Shown here piece by piece: positions 47,690 through 61,212 of a stretch of DNA of 64,000 nucleotides. This DNA is from Podarcis erhardii (lineage: Eukaryota), in NCBI GenBank assembly GCA_964252035.1, contig OZ176209.1; one strand, written 5' to 3'. Position numbers and translations under genes: made by a program. Numbering within the stretch: position 1 is the first letter of the stretch; every line of letters starts with the position of its first letter. The notes beneath the pieces were generated by a model. It worked only from the letters and a program-made list of their open reading frames with translations. It was not told the DNA's origin and searched no databases.

Positions 47690-47850
47690 CAGTTCAAAGC
47701 TTGGACGAGGAAGTAGCCATATGCAATTCACCATCTCAGCATCAGAATCCCACCACTGAACCTGCAATATGGGGAGCATAATATTGACCTACCATACAAG
47801 GTTGTTGAAAGGTTTGCGTAGATGATACACGTGAAGTGCTATGAATATTC
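47690..47850 (+). mobile_element. MIR-like CORE SINE relic
   Basis: GCAATATGGGGAGCATAATATTGACCTACC..CAAGGTTGTTG..AGG...TGTGAAGTGCT-like 3' part. Confidence 0.45.
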
Positions 47851-49300
47851 AAAGTACTGTATGAATGCTAACTTTTGCCTAATCCATATCCTTAATTGGG
47901 CTAAAAATGGATCAGAGAGGGAAGGGATGCTCTTACAGAAAACGCAATTGATCCAAAGGCACAGGACACTTTAAAACAGACCACAGCCAAGCACTTGGAT
48001 TTAGCATTTGATCCATACTGTTACAGAGGATGAACTGTGCGAGTTGACTTCAAAGCACTATTATTGCTCATGCTTTTAGGAAGACGAGTGCTTTCAGCTT
48101 TTGTAGCAAGGAGAGGGGTTTTTTTTGGCAGATGTCAAATAAAAGAAGACTGCATTTTTAAATCAAAGGAACTGTTTCCAGCATGGAGGGGAAAGTAGGC
48201 TAATCAGTTAAGTATCGGCAAACAACTTGGCCCAGCAGTCTTAATGCTCCCAGGAAGATGAATCAGTAAAGTTTGATCTACTTTCCCATCCATCAAGTAG
48301 AGAGCAAAACAACCACTTTGACAACAAAAGGCAGAGTCATGATTGCAGATATGTCCTACTTTATTGCTCAGCCTCTACATTAATAGTCTCAGATTCGAGT
48401 TGTAGGTGAGAGAATACATAACTAAATGCAACTGATGCTAAGACTAATTGAATGGCACAAGTGACATTTTTTTCTTTTTCATTGGTATATGATTTCAGAG
48501 ATGTACATACATGCTGGACATTATAACCCCATCAAACATGCTCTGATTATAATCAGTTTTAATTAGAGTCAACAACTGTTGACACAATCTCTTACATGAA
48601 CTCATGTTCAGAATGGTGACAATGCAAACCGATGAGCTTTGAACTTCCCACCTTCCAAGCCATTTTTGCTGAGGGGTGCAATGGCAAAAAAGAAAAAAAC
48701 AACCCTCATTAAAAATAAGTGATGAAATATAACCTTCCTTTCTAACCACCAGCGGTTGACAAGCCTCAAGAGGGTTCCCGTTTGTCTCTCCATACAAACA
48801 GTTGTCTATGGTTTCCGAAATTATGGCTTCGCAAACAAGCACCATGACCACACATTCCTCTTTCACCCCTTCTGTTTCCTCCTCCCATTGCATGGATTTT
48901 TCTTGAAAAGAGTTAATCCGAATTAAATGGAGGAAAATAGTTGCTGGCATTTTGATGTCAATGACATTGTGTGGACTCTGCAAAAAACAAAAACAAAAAA
49001 ACTTTCATGTGTGAAAAGCACCAGTCCCATAATTGGCACTCATTTGAAAGCACCTGTAGTCACAATTGAGATCTCTGTGTTCGACAACGAGACTAGTGCT
49101 GTTTGGACAAAGCTGGTTAAATATTATATTAGTTTGGACTGGCCGTGTATCAAGGCTTTCCAGTTTCACTGGGAAGTCAGTTCACAAAGCAGCTGAAATT
49201 GCTTTTTATCTGGAGCTGCACCAGTTTTTGAAAGGGGCATTTAGACACCTTAAGGAGATTAAGCTAGCATCACTTTGACAATCAGAGCAAAAACTCAAGT

Positions 49301-49494
49301 AAGAACTTGCTGAATTAATTTTGGAATTGGGATGTAAGAGGAGGGGGTGGGGGGAAGTCAATGAAAGTGGGTAAAGAAACTTAGGGTATGTAATTGTATT
49401 TGTGTGTTTGTTTGTCTTTGTCTTTGTGTGTGTGTCTGTTGTTATAAAATGTAAAAACCCAATAAAAATTATTTTAAAAAAAAAATAAAAAAAA
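49301..49494 (+). mobile_element. L1/Tx1-type 3' end with poly(A)
   Basis: G-rich then GT-rich 3'UTR, AATAAA, poly(A). 12-bp TSD AAAAACTCAAGT at 49289-49300 and 49495-49506. Confidence 0.8.
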
Positions 49495-52400
49495 AAAAAC
49501 TCAAGTTTTTGAAAACCTGACAGGTAGATCTTGCTCTCAGAATGGCAGTAACTAAGGAACTGGATTGACAACAAAGATTGATAGGAGTGATTGGGCAACA
49601 CGACTGGACCTAACGGTCAGGGGTACCTTTATCTTTTTATTATTCCTTTTATGAAGAAAAAGTGGATCTGTGGTGTTTTCAAGGTGATCATAACAGTGCT
49701 GAGAAGAAAGTATTTTGCTTACCTCACACTGAGGACTTTCCCCTTTCATTTTGCCAGAGAGAAGCAATTCTAAATTTTGGATCTGGCACCAAATGCAGAG
49801 CCCCCAAAGTGTGATTATTCTGGCAAAAACACTTGGGCAACTTAGAATGGCTTTGATCAATGACTGGTAGGGAAAGGGTTACACTCTACTGTTTCCCTTC
49901 TCTTCCTTTATTCAAGAAAGGCACCTTACCAAAGCTGCTTTTCCATTTAAACAAAAACAGAAACATGCCCTGCTGTGTGTGCAAAAGGCACTTTGTCCCT
50001 GAAATCTGTGGATATGCTAATACACCGAAGGTGAGACCTAGTGATCCATGCAGCTGTTGTCATGACACACCACCCACACTGAGCATTAATTTCCAAGGCT
50101 ATTGCTCTGCATCAGGGGTTGCTTATGCAATATGTAACCAGTCGCTCCTTCTCTAAATAGAGCTGTACTACCTCACAGTGATCGGGACTACCAGATGGCA
50201 AGAGATTTCAACTCTTGGCTCCATCATGATGATCAGAACAATGCATGGTCTTGCCCATTTGGGATTTGTTCTGTTGGGCAGTGAATATTCAACATGTATG
50301 GAAATGTAATATGGGATTGTGCTGCCTTCTGGATGTCTCAGGAGTGAATGGCAGATGCTAGCAATTGTTGATATTTTCACCCCTCCCATTGACAGAATCT
50401 CCTGATCTGATGTTTTGAGAAAGGAGAGGGCGGAAACTGCTCTTCTACTCTTTTGCTCCTGCCTGACTGCCTGACTCTGTGTGTGGAGAGAGTCTTATCT
50501 ATGTAGTGACTAGATGGCTGTGTGGGAGATGTAACACTCATGCAAGCCGGTAGTTCTTTAGTTTGTAGTAGCTATTAGAAATAAAAGGAGTTATGCTTCA
50601 CAGGTAGCTTCCGCATTATTTATACTCTGCATGAGTCTGGCGCTCACAATGCACAGTTGTGGGTCCAGTGCACTGGCACCTGTTTTCCAGGATTGGAAGG
50701 TCTCTGAAACTGCTCCAGTCACCTAGCCCAGTTGGGGCAGAACCAGTTATTGAGCCCAGTCGCTGACATCAGTTGAAAGGCATATGGACAGCAATATCAC
50801 TCAACTGAATGTGAGAATTCAAGCAAATAGAAACCATCTCTTTGCTCTCCTCAATGATCTATCCTGGTGGATTCTATTTATACATTTTTATTACTAAGTC
50901 CTGACATTTAAAACTAGAGAGACTGAACTGTGGTCCAGGATAGCGCGCGCGCACACACACACCCTGTTGGCTTTATTCACAACATGTGAAGTCAAAATTA
51001 AAAGCATGAATTCCAGAATCTTTCTATGACAGCTGCAAAAGCAAAAGGATCCCATAAGCAGCTTTTTGTTAATGGCCCACATATCAGGAATCTCTATCTC
51101 TCTTTCTGGTCATGTCCAGATGAGTTGTTTATTCCTGTCTGCAGGAAGGTTAGATGTCATGGTGTCAAGCAAGTGTTGTGCACACTTTGTTCAGTGTATT
51201 TTCCCACCCCTTTTCCCATCTGAAAATGCCCACCCAATTCTTTTGGGGAAGCAGGCTTGTTGTGCAAGTGTGACACTCCAGTTAAGGAAGCCTTTAATTT
51301 TACTCTCTGGCTGAATTATTCCTTCAGTCTAACAAAGGCTTAAACAAAGGACCTTGTGGTTGTATAATTCCTTCTCAGATGCCCTAGAGGTCCACAGCTC
51401 CCTCTTTTCTCAGCGTTCACTTGAAAAGCTGAATGCTAGGAGCTGCAGACATAAGAGACATGCCTTGCTCTGTGCTGGGTCCAAAGCTGTGATGAATGGA
51501 GAAGCAAGATCCTTTGGGGTGTTAATGCTGTGTTAATACTCCCATCTGATGTTCACTTTGTATATATGTGTAAATAAAACCATATATCCTGAAGACACCA
51601 CAGTCTCCACTGACCTTCATTCCAAGGAAGCTGAATGCTGGGTAAAGCACCTGGAACTTCTGGAGTCTCTCACTAGGAAGATTGGGGTGGAGTGTAATGG
51701 ATACTACTGGCAAGAGGACATGGTTGTTTATACTTGAAAAAAATACACATACTGTATGCTTTTTTTAAAAAAAAAATCAACACTCAGCATTTATAAATAA
51801 ATGCTGTGCTATGTTGCTCACACCTGATGGTCTGCTAATTGATATCTGAATAAGGAAGGAAAATAGAACGCCTAATTCTGAGGTATTGAACACCTTGGGC
51901 ACAACTCTTCTTTGTTAGGCAACAATGGGACAAAACTAACATTAACTGTGCACTTCAAAACCGGACATATAGATGGCTGTCTAAGGGGCCTCCCCTTCAA
52001 GGCCAAGTAAGTCCAGGGTCTAAAACTACCTAGCTGTGCTGCTGCTTCCAGTGTCGATGGAGCAACACTGATTTTTCCTCTACCAAAAAAAGCTATGCAA
52101 ATGTTTAACAGGAGTCCATAGAGGATGTGGCTGCTGAAAGATGCTTCAGGCTGAACTGTGTCCATGACAGGGCTCTGTCAAAATCTTTTAATGTTAACAG
52201 TTGGAAGGGGAACTGTGCAGCTGGTAAAGCCTTTCATGCTAAATGCATTTTCAATGAGATAAAAGTAAGATTAATGTATGATGATTTTGCAAAGCTCCTC
52301 ATAATTCTGGAATTGTAAGAAGAGGCCTCTTAGAACACAAATAACCCAGCGATTTTCCACATACGGCAACAACCATTTCAGCAACCCCTGAGAGTAATCC

Positions 52401-52524
52401 TAGTGAGAGGAGATGTGAGCTTAGTTTCCCCTGTGAAATTCATTAGATTGCATTAGAACAATGGTTCTCAAACTTTGGGCTACAGGTCTCATCATGAAGG
52501 CACCCTATGGGTGATTGGTAGTTA

Positions 52525-52915
52525 AGGATGGGCGAATCTGTCAATTTTGGTTTCTCTTTGTTTCTCACTTTTCCAATCTGAAATTTTGGCTCTCCATGTT
52601 TACACATCCAATTGTCTTTTTTTTTTGTTTAAAAAAATACTCACTAGCATTTTAATGCATATTTCTAATATACTCATATTTGTATGTGACTTGGCCTAAT
52701 ATACACATTTTTGCAAATCATTTTCACTAATACATGCATTTTTATGCACACTTTGCCTTAGTATGTGCATTTTTTAACCCATTGGCAGGAGAACTGAATT
52801 AAGAAATTCAGACAAGTACAACTTTGGAAAGATAACTTTTTTCAGTTCACATATTGTTTTGAGAAAGGCAAATTAAATACATTCACCTTTAAATGCTAAC
52901 TGAATCCAATTTACC
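52525..52915 (+). mobile_element. Non-autonomous DNA-transposon-like repeat (AGGATGGGCGAATCTGTC family)
   Basis: Similar to 42905-43294 in opposite orientation; related piece near 53555-53720. Confidence 0.55.
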
Positions 52916-53050
52916 CCCCACCGCTGTTTGTAATAGAAGATCTGGGTTCATCTTACTCTTTGCCCACCCAGCTCCCAAAATCCTTGGCTATCCTGCTAGA
53001 AAAGTAGGCCATGTTCCTCCTAAATGGAACTCATCAGAGGGATTTCCAGA

Positions 53051-53197
53051 CAGTGGCGTAGCGTGGGGGGTGCAGGGGGGGCCGGCCGCACCGGGCGCAA
53101 CATCTGGGGGTTAGGGTTAGGGGGCGCAAATCCATGGGTTAGGGGGCGCAAATTACTTGCCTTGCCCCGGGTGCTGACAACCCACGCTACGCCACTG
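53051..53197. mobile_element. Young hAT MITE containing TTAGGG repeats
   Basis: Perfect 17-bp TIR CAGTGGCGTAGCGTGGG / CCCACGCTACGCCACTG. Perfect 8-bp TSD TTTCCAGA at 53043-53050 and 53198-53205. Confidence 0.96.
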
Positions 53198-55243
53198 TTT
53201 CCAGATGATTGGTTTAATAAGCCCACGTGGCAGTTCCCCCTAAGTCACCATGATACTCTGAACTTAAAAACAAAAACAGGAACTAAATGCTAATGGCAAT
53301 ACACTTACATCCAAAAGTCTACCTAAATTGCTCCATTGGCTTTTTCATTGCTCACTTGGGTGTGCAGAATGTCCAACTGCATTTTTGCTCCCCACAATCC
53401 TCTCCCTTTGCTCAGCTTGTATGAGTTTCTGCTTCTCAGTTAAGTAGGGATGGGTTGGGGAGGGGAAGCTGGGATCAAACATCAGCTGCTCTACATTGCA
53501 ACGTATGATAAGATAATTCTTCAGCATATATATAGTATTTTTACAGGTGTACACTTAGGGATAAGAAATTCCATTCAGTTAACATATAAAGGCAAATCTA
53601 CCCAATTCTCATATTCGGAATGAACACCAGAACCAAAACACAACCACTTTTCAAAATTCATTCTTATATGAATTCTGCAATTCACTTCTCCAGCCTAGAA
53701 ATATGTACAAAATTTCAATCTCTCCCCCTGCTCTGCAGCCTGATGGAATGTCTGTAGCCAGGTGACTACTGAGGAAAAGCCAGGCCCCAAGTTGATGGAA
53801 TAGCTCTGCTTCTACTCTCTCCCTTGCTACACAGCCTGATAGAATGCTTCCCCATTAACATAGCATGTCATTACATTCAAAATTCTCCCACTCCACCTCA
53901 CTGGCTGCTACTTGCGCAGGGAGCTCTGAGTGGAATGATGTCACCATGACATGAATCTTCTTCAACTAAACATTATTGGGGAAATATGGGTAGGAGATAA
54001 GGAGCTATTGTTCTCTTAACCTCTGGTTTTAGGGCACTAGTTCAGACCTTATAAAATCTAGTTTAGGTCTCAGGTTTCAGCCACTATTTGAGACTTATGT
54101 AATTGCTCTGTACTACTTTTCCCTGTACAGTATCTCTGTATATTGCTTTTAAAATAGAGATTGTAAAAGCTTTGCATGCAGCATAAACAAATTAATTTTG
54201 CCTCTATTGCTCTAATGCAAGGGAGGGAGATTCAGCAATAGCTGAATATTCTGAAGATCTTCAACTGAATCCTTACACTTGCTGTGACTGAACCAACTGG
54301 CTCTAATTAAGCAAATGCCTCTTTGCAAATGAATAATGAAGGATTTTATACGAAAATTAAATTTTAATATCTGAGTAACTAAAGGCAGTGTTTATGTAAT
54401 GAGGGATTACATGTTCAGTTCTTAAGCATTAAGGATGTAATGTTTGCTTAAAATACAGCAAAAAGTCTTCTACATGATTTGCTACAATCACTTAATTAAA
54501 TGGGCTTTCGTAGGATTTACCTGCAGCACATATGGGGTGGTGGTGTTTAAAATCCCACAATTATCTGCATGCTTAACTAGCCAGTGAAGTGTTCAATACA
54601 GTCAGCTACTTCATGTTCATCATAACTGAAAAGGGCTGGGTGCCTAACAAAGAGCAGGAAAGTATCTGAAAATGTGTCTCAAGAAAAATGGGATTCAGCA
54701 TACTCCTCTTTCTTCGTTGGTGTCTATTGCTGTTGAACAGCATTGCTCAAATAACTCATTCCCTCTCCAACCCCTTCTACTGCCTTCTTAGCAATAACAC
54801 TCCAGATCTGGAAAACTCCCCCCTGTAAGCTTTGGTTGTCCCTGACTCTGAATATTTTTTGGTGGCAACTGAAGGCCTCTGTCTTAGCAGGCCTTTGGGA
54901 AACAGTGTGCTCAGAATGAACGATTGTAATGTTTTGTGACTATTGCTTTTAAAATGTATTTCTTATATCTGTTCATTGCCTTTGTGCTGACCTGCTACAA
55001 CAGCCCATGTGTGTGGAATGGGGGCGGGCGGGCTATAAAACCTATAAACAAAAAGACATCTTACTTGGTATTGAAGCCATCATGTCTGCATTTGTCAAAA
55101 GTTCATTTTTTGTTGTGTATTCTTAGGAAGGGTGTAGCTGTGGGGATTGCCATGAAGAGCAATGGCACTTCAGAATTTACCACTGCTCCAAAGAGGATTT
55201 GTCCTCCGAAGTAATGGCGAGATTCCAGTGACGTGATAATCAA

Positions 55244-55335
55244 TGTGCTGCCCTTCAGATGCTGTTGTGCTACAGCTCCCCTGTTATCCCTGACCATTCA
55301 CCATCTTGGCTGGGGCTGGTGGGAGTTGTGCTCCC
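55244..55335. mobile_element. Fold-back hAT MITE, degenerate
   Basis: CCCTTCAGATGCTGTTG...CCCTGACCATT...GGCTGGGGCTGGTGGGAGTTGT. Confidence 0.6.
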
Positions 55336-55944
55336 CAAAACCTGAAGGCATCACTTGCTTGCTCCATAGCCCCTCCTGATATTACCTCACCAGTGTGGGA
55401 CAACCCTGTAGAGAGAACTGTGCTGTAATTATAGTAACTGTTTTATGTTATGCTTGGATCCCTCTTCTTTACCTAATATGACTGCAGGTGCATGAGCAGT
55501 TTATATAATGCTTGCTAGAAGTACACCCACGTATTATTTTATTTCTCAGCTGTTTCAGATGACTGGGCATTTTTCTTATCAGGTTTCTCCTGATCTGAAG
55601 AGATAGAACCAGATTGTTCTTCCACACTGGAGACCTTTAGCACTGCTGAAGCATTGCTTTGCTTGAATTAGCTGGAATGGGCCTATGCTGTAAGGATCTT
55701 GAAAGGCAGGTTAGAAATATTATAAATACATAATATGAGCATTCAACACAGCACTTAATAAAGATGGTATTATCTGATGATTCATTTCCCCATGTTCAAG
55801 AACTTTCTAAAATAAAGTAAGTCCCATTCAGCAAAAGTCCTTTCTAACAATCATTTCAAAGTTTCCTCTGTGCAGTTCTTGCCTATTCTGTTTTTATTTC
55901 TCTTGATCATGGTTGGGGTAGTGATATATAGCATATAGCAGCAA

Positions 55945-56145
55945 TATATAGCCTTTAATTGACCTAATCCACCTTTATAGCTATCTAAGGCGATTGCACT
56001 CAGCACCTCATGTGGCAGTGAATTTCACAGTCTATGTGCTGTGAGAAAAAGTACTCAATTCTGGCTGTCCTGAAACTCACACTATTCAACACTATTCAGC
56101 TGCCTTGGGATGACCCTAGGTTTTTACACTATGACAATTAAGAGA
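55945..56145 (-). mobile_element. Old CR1 fragment
   Basis: TGTGGCAGTGAATTTCACAG...GCTGTGAGAAAAAGTACT...CTGTCCTGAA is the antisense of the CR1 ORF2 end. Confidence 0.5.
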
Positions 56146-57025
56146 AATTATTCAGTTGACAATAAAAAGACTATTCTTCAGTAATCCACCAGCCATCGCC
56201 AAGAATTTGTTTCTCATTAGAATGGGCTGAACCTGCAAACAGGAGACTTCTAATCCAAGGTACAGGAGCTCTGAAAGGTACAGGACCTCTGAAACTAACA
56301 GCTTGCTACCTGCACTGGACAGGCTGATGCTGCAATTGTGTTTTATTGCACACACAAATAACACAGGAGTGCAACACAGAAAACACTGGAACTGTAATGG
56401 TTTGATAGCAATGTTTGCATACTCCATAAAAAGCGAATGAGCTAAACATGGCAACTTTTGAGAAAGAATCTGTGGGGAAGCAACCGTAGTTGTTAAGATT
56501 GTTTGATGCACCCAGTTTCAGAGAGCGATGTATCTGTTGAGGCGTGCGAGGCTTTTATGGTGCTTGTGGATTGCTAAGTTTAATATTAGTTCCCAGAATA
56601 CCCAGTAACAAAGAATAGTTCTAGAGAGAAAGGCAGCTATTATTCATATGCCTGCTTAGTAGGCCAAGACAGAGGAATGCTAAAGTAATGTATTCTGTAT
56701 ATTCTTGCCTAAAAAGAGAGTTTTAAAATTGGGGTTATCTGTAAAAGAAGAAACAAAAGGGGTGTGTGGGTGGGTGTATATATTTAATGCAATCAGCAAA
56801 TAACTGCTATAAAACTATAGGAAAAACATATAATAATATGATTGTATTACTGTGAACTCATTTTTTAAATAAATTGCATGCATTGTTGTGCGAGAGCCTA
56901 ATAGTAAGTTCTTCTCTCTCATAATTATTAGTAATGCATTCAAAAGGAACACAGTTACATTTTGCCACCACACTATGAATTCATTTCAGAAGCTAGTATC
57001 ACAGCTGGATGATAGCATATTACTA

Positions 57026-57267
57026 CAGTGGTACCTCGGGTTACATAAGTTTCAGGTTACATATGCTTCAGGTTACAGACTCTGCTAACCCAGAAATAGT
57101 ACCTCGGGTTAAGAACTTTGCTTCAGGATGAGAACAGAAATCGCGTGGTGTCGGCACGGCAGCAGCAGGAGGCCCCATTAGCTAAAGTGGTGCTTCAGGT
57201 TAGGAACAGTTTCAGGTTAAGAACAGACCTCCAGAATGAATTAAGTTCTTAACCCAAGGTACCACTG
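57026..57267. mobile_element. Tc1/mariner (Tigger-like) MITE, 242 bp
   Basis: TA|CAGTGGTACCTCGGGTTAC ... TTAACCCAAGGTACCACTG|TA. Confidence 0.9.
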
Positions 57268-59320
57268 TATAGGATCATCATTCTTTCACTAAGTGATTTT
57301 AAGGCGATAAGCCAAAAATTGCTGGTCTTGCAGCAGAGGGGGCCCTACAGTACCTTCGCTCTCCCTCTCCCATCCAATTTTAACCCATACTGGAATATCA
57401 CTAGTTCTTCTAAAAACCTTAAGGCTGTGTGGTACTGTACATGCAGGTGTGGGAGAAGAGAAACACTTCCCAGGCCAGGGACTGTGTGTGCATCGTTGAT
57501 TGGTTACACACAACCACTGTCTCTAAATACTATTTTCAGCGTAAGCTTTCTCTTCACACACTCTGTGGGATCTCAGCTCTTTTTATAAGATAATTATCAG
57601 AAAACAAAACACCTTCTTTCTTCTCATTTCCAGATATTTGTCAAAAAGAAACATAGTCCACAATTTGCGAGCTGACTGGTGAACGGTGACAGTGAACCCA
57701 TTTCGACTTGCCTGGAAAACATTCATTTATTTATTTAAATGGCTGCCTTGGAAGCTCTTTTGAGGGAGAAAATTGAGGCTTTCCCCTAAGAAAGTTGCAA
57801 GGAAGGACCAAATAGGCAAAGTGGTATGTAATCCTGACTGGCCCTACTATGAGGTAAGGTGAAGCATCCACCTTGGGCAGATTTGGACGACATGAAAGGG
57901 TAGCAAATTGTCAAGCTCTTTAAACTGTAATTATTGCACTTTATTGCCAGGGAGTAGGAGAGATGCTTGTGGGGTTTTCTGTCTGAGGTGCCCAAATAAC
58001 TTGGACTGGGCTGAGGTACTATGCACCTTCATTTGCTGTGGGGACATGGTACCATTTGCTACTCTGCCTCAGGCAGCAAAATACCTTGGTCAGCTCTGGC
58101 TCTTCCCTTTCCCCTCAGTTTGCACCTTCCTCCTCTGTAGCAAAGGAAGCTTCTAGCCAGGACAGTACCCAACACATTCAGGTATTTATTTCAGTAATGA
58201 TTTAAGCATCTTATTTAAAATATATTCTTTGTCCATTGGGCAAGCAGAAATGCTTTCACTGATGGAACAATCTCCTTAAGTTGAATTCTACCCAATATTC
58301 TTCCTTGTGTAAGTGACCCCAGAGTTTGCTTGCTTTTGTCTTTGGAGATTTCTGAAACCTCCAATCACTTAAAATGTGAGCTGTAGTTTGTTTTTTTAAT
58401 CATATGGGTCAATAAAGTAATAGTGGTTTCTCCTTACTTCCCCCCACCCCTTCACCCTTGCAGAATACATATGCAGATCCATAATAACAAACTGAGGACC
58501 AGTAGAGGTCCAGAAAAAGTAACTGGCAAATCCAAATTGATGGTAGACTGGAACCAATAGGGTTCACACATCCATCCCACAATAATACATTTGCAGAGCA
58601 AATATTGTGCGGACTAGAAGTTAAGCGAATGAACCCCTCGCTTTGATTTTGTCCTGCCAAACAGCCTCCCTGGCTCTCTCTCTATGTGTGGTCACAATGG
58701 GCAGAAAGTGGCTTGCACAGCAGTTAGGACTACAGTTGTAGTCCAGCACATCTTGAGTGCATGAGGGTGAGGAAGGCTCTTCTATGGTGTGTACTAGCTT
58801 GGCCCCTTTCAGCTTATTTTGCTTCTCTCCATGGCTACAAAAATAGATTCCTGCAGGGTTATTTTCTATCAGCATAGGTATCTGATAGCCAGAGTGAGTC
58901 AGAAAGAATTGCTATCCTTGACATTTCTGATACACCACATAAGGATGCTGAGTAACATCAATTAGTGTTATTACAGGCAGACGATACACCTTAAAAATGC
59001 ATTAGGATAAGGTGAATCTTAATGCAACAGCTATTTTATTCAAGTATACTAATGTACACAAAGGAGACCACTGCTTCAGGTGCAAGGTGTATATGGCATA
59101 GATCCTGTTCAGCTACGAATTTGGGTATCTCACTGGATTGCTGCTGTTGAACTGCTGTGCAGTCATTCTCCTGCACCCCTTCTGTATGGACCTTGGGGTA
59201 TGCATAGGATAACTTGCTAAATAAGCACATCTGGGAAGACTCTGACTAACCTACCCTATCTCAGATTAACCAACCACATAGATTTTTGTGCTAAAAAAGG
59301 GCTAGAGAGAACCATGAACG

Positions 59321-59459
59321 CAATGTGTGGGGAACCTTTTGCCCTCCAGATGTTGATGAATTACAACTCCCCTCATCTCTGGCCATTGGTCATACTTTCT
59401 GGGGCCGTTAAGAGTTCTAATTCAGCAACATTTGGAAGGCCAAAGGTCCCTCACTTCTG
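59321..59459. mobile_element. Fold-back hAT MITE
   Basis: GGGGAACCTTTTGCCCTCCAGATGTTG ... CAGCAACATTTGGAAGGCCAAAGGTCCC. Confidence 0.7.
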
Positions 59460-61212
59460 AACTTCATGGAGTAAGACATATCATGTTGTGTGTCTCCTGG
59501 CCTCACCAGTCAATGATACGAAGTGGGCAATCATACATAGAAATATAATCTTTTTATTCTTAACTATGCAAAATGAAATTTGACTTTAATACAAAGCTCC
59601 ATTTGAGAATAAACTTCAATATGAAAGACTCCACTATTTCAAACTGAATACTCAGAGAATATTCAGAGAAAATTAGCATTTAAATTTTGGACGGTGAACT
59701 ATTTTAGGAAACCCTCCAGATTGCCTTTAACTTATATCCCATTCTGTAAGACTACAAAACAAATTTTCTACCACCAAGAGAGGAGTTAAAAAGCTTTTTA
59801 TTCCACTGTGTAGTTTCTTCAGTTGTAAGCCACCTTAAGGACCACTTCAATGAAAAGATGGGATATAAATCTTTTAAATAAACAATAAATCTTTGAACTC
59901 AGTTTGAGATGTGATGCCAGAGGGCTGAAATTTCAATGCTAAATATTAATCTGAGCATGGCTCACTGCAGTTAAAATAATAAAGCAAAAAGGCAGTGAAT
60001 TAATCAAACTTCAAAAATAGAGCCTACTGAATTATAATACCAATTAATAATTTATTATAGCAGCACACGATACGACAGTTCCCAGATCAGAGAGACCAAC
60101 GAAAAGAAGAGGCATTTGATAAGCTTTGGATAAAGATAGAAACTGATCCAGCAAGTTTTAAAAGGTGAACTTTCCACACAATAACAAGTAGGGTTGTTTG
60201 GGGTTTTTTTGCCGAGTAAGAGCCGCAGAGCCAACTGAGCTTTCTTCCTGAGGAAATCTTAAGGATCTACAGTTCAGCCAGTGGCTTCTTAGTAGTTTGC
60301 AGCCAAGAGGTGGGATGTTTCAAAGACAGTGAAAGAAAGGTAGAGCTCACCCACTGCTCCTATTCAATCTGTTTTCAGGACTCCACAGGAGTACGTATAT
60401 GAAAATGTAGCTACTGTACTTCTTTCGGTGTATTTGAAGCCGTAGAGTTTATTGTCTGCCAATAAGCATTCAAGTCTTGAACCTGTCCATCCAAACTTAG
60501 GTAGTGTTACTAGAGAGCGAAGGTGGGCATGTGTCTCCTCTAAAAATGCCCCCCTTTCTTCCCCTTCTGCTGGAAAAAAACCACCGTATTGGTAGTGGAT
60601 AGCCAAAGCGGGAACCACAACTGCTGATTGCGCCCAACAAGCCATATCTGCTTTCCACCTCTTTCTTCTGAGACATGCTGCAAGTGGCAAGGTTTTGTGA
60701 CTGTAAAAACCTATTTGACGTGGAAAGAGTTTTATGACATCATATCACATTCATCCCACCCACCCCTAATATTACCACTGAATCCGACATAATTGAGACA
60801 AGGTCAATGCAAGCATGTGGAGGTTCTTGCACAAGGATATGTCTGTCTTTTGTAGATATTTATCAAAGCATTATCAATTGGATTTTTAGCACAACAAATG
60901 CAAATTTGCTTACTCATTTGCTGTGCATAGTCTAGTGCCTTCTATCTTGAGGTCATTCTTCTGTTGCAGAGATACTGCATTTTCAGAGCGACAGATGAGC
61001 TGTATTTCATACCTGATGAAATGGGATGCTTTCCTTAGACAGTGCATCCATCACTGAATGCTGTTGTACAACTGGCATGCCGTTTAACTAATACTGTCTA
61101 TGATGACATAACTCTGAACAATATCTGGAAAAGTTTACAGCCAAGGGAACTTTACAAGGTGCTGCTTATCATCATCTGAGCTTTCTTTTCTAACTAGCTG
61201 CAAGCTGTATGC

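Noticed and set aside
57634-57678. 45-nt exon candidate (YLSKRNIVHNLRADW) after a strong polypyrimidine acceptor
   Set aside because: Weak donor, isolated, and only superficial resemblance to a kinase catalytic loop.
60364-60690. 108-aa minus-strand ORF
   Set aside because: No motif or splice context. It could be noncoding conserved DNA, but this cannot be judged from the sequence alone.
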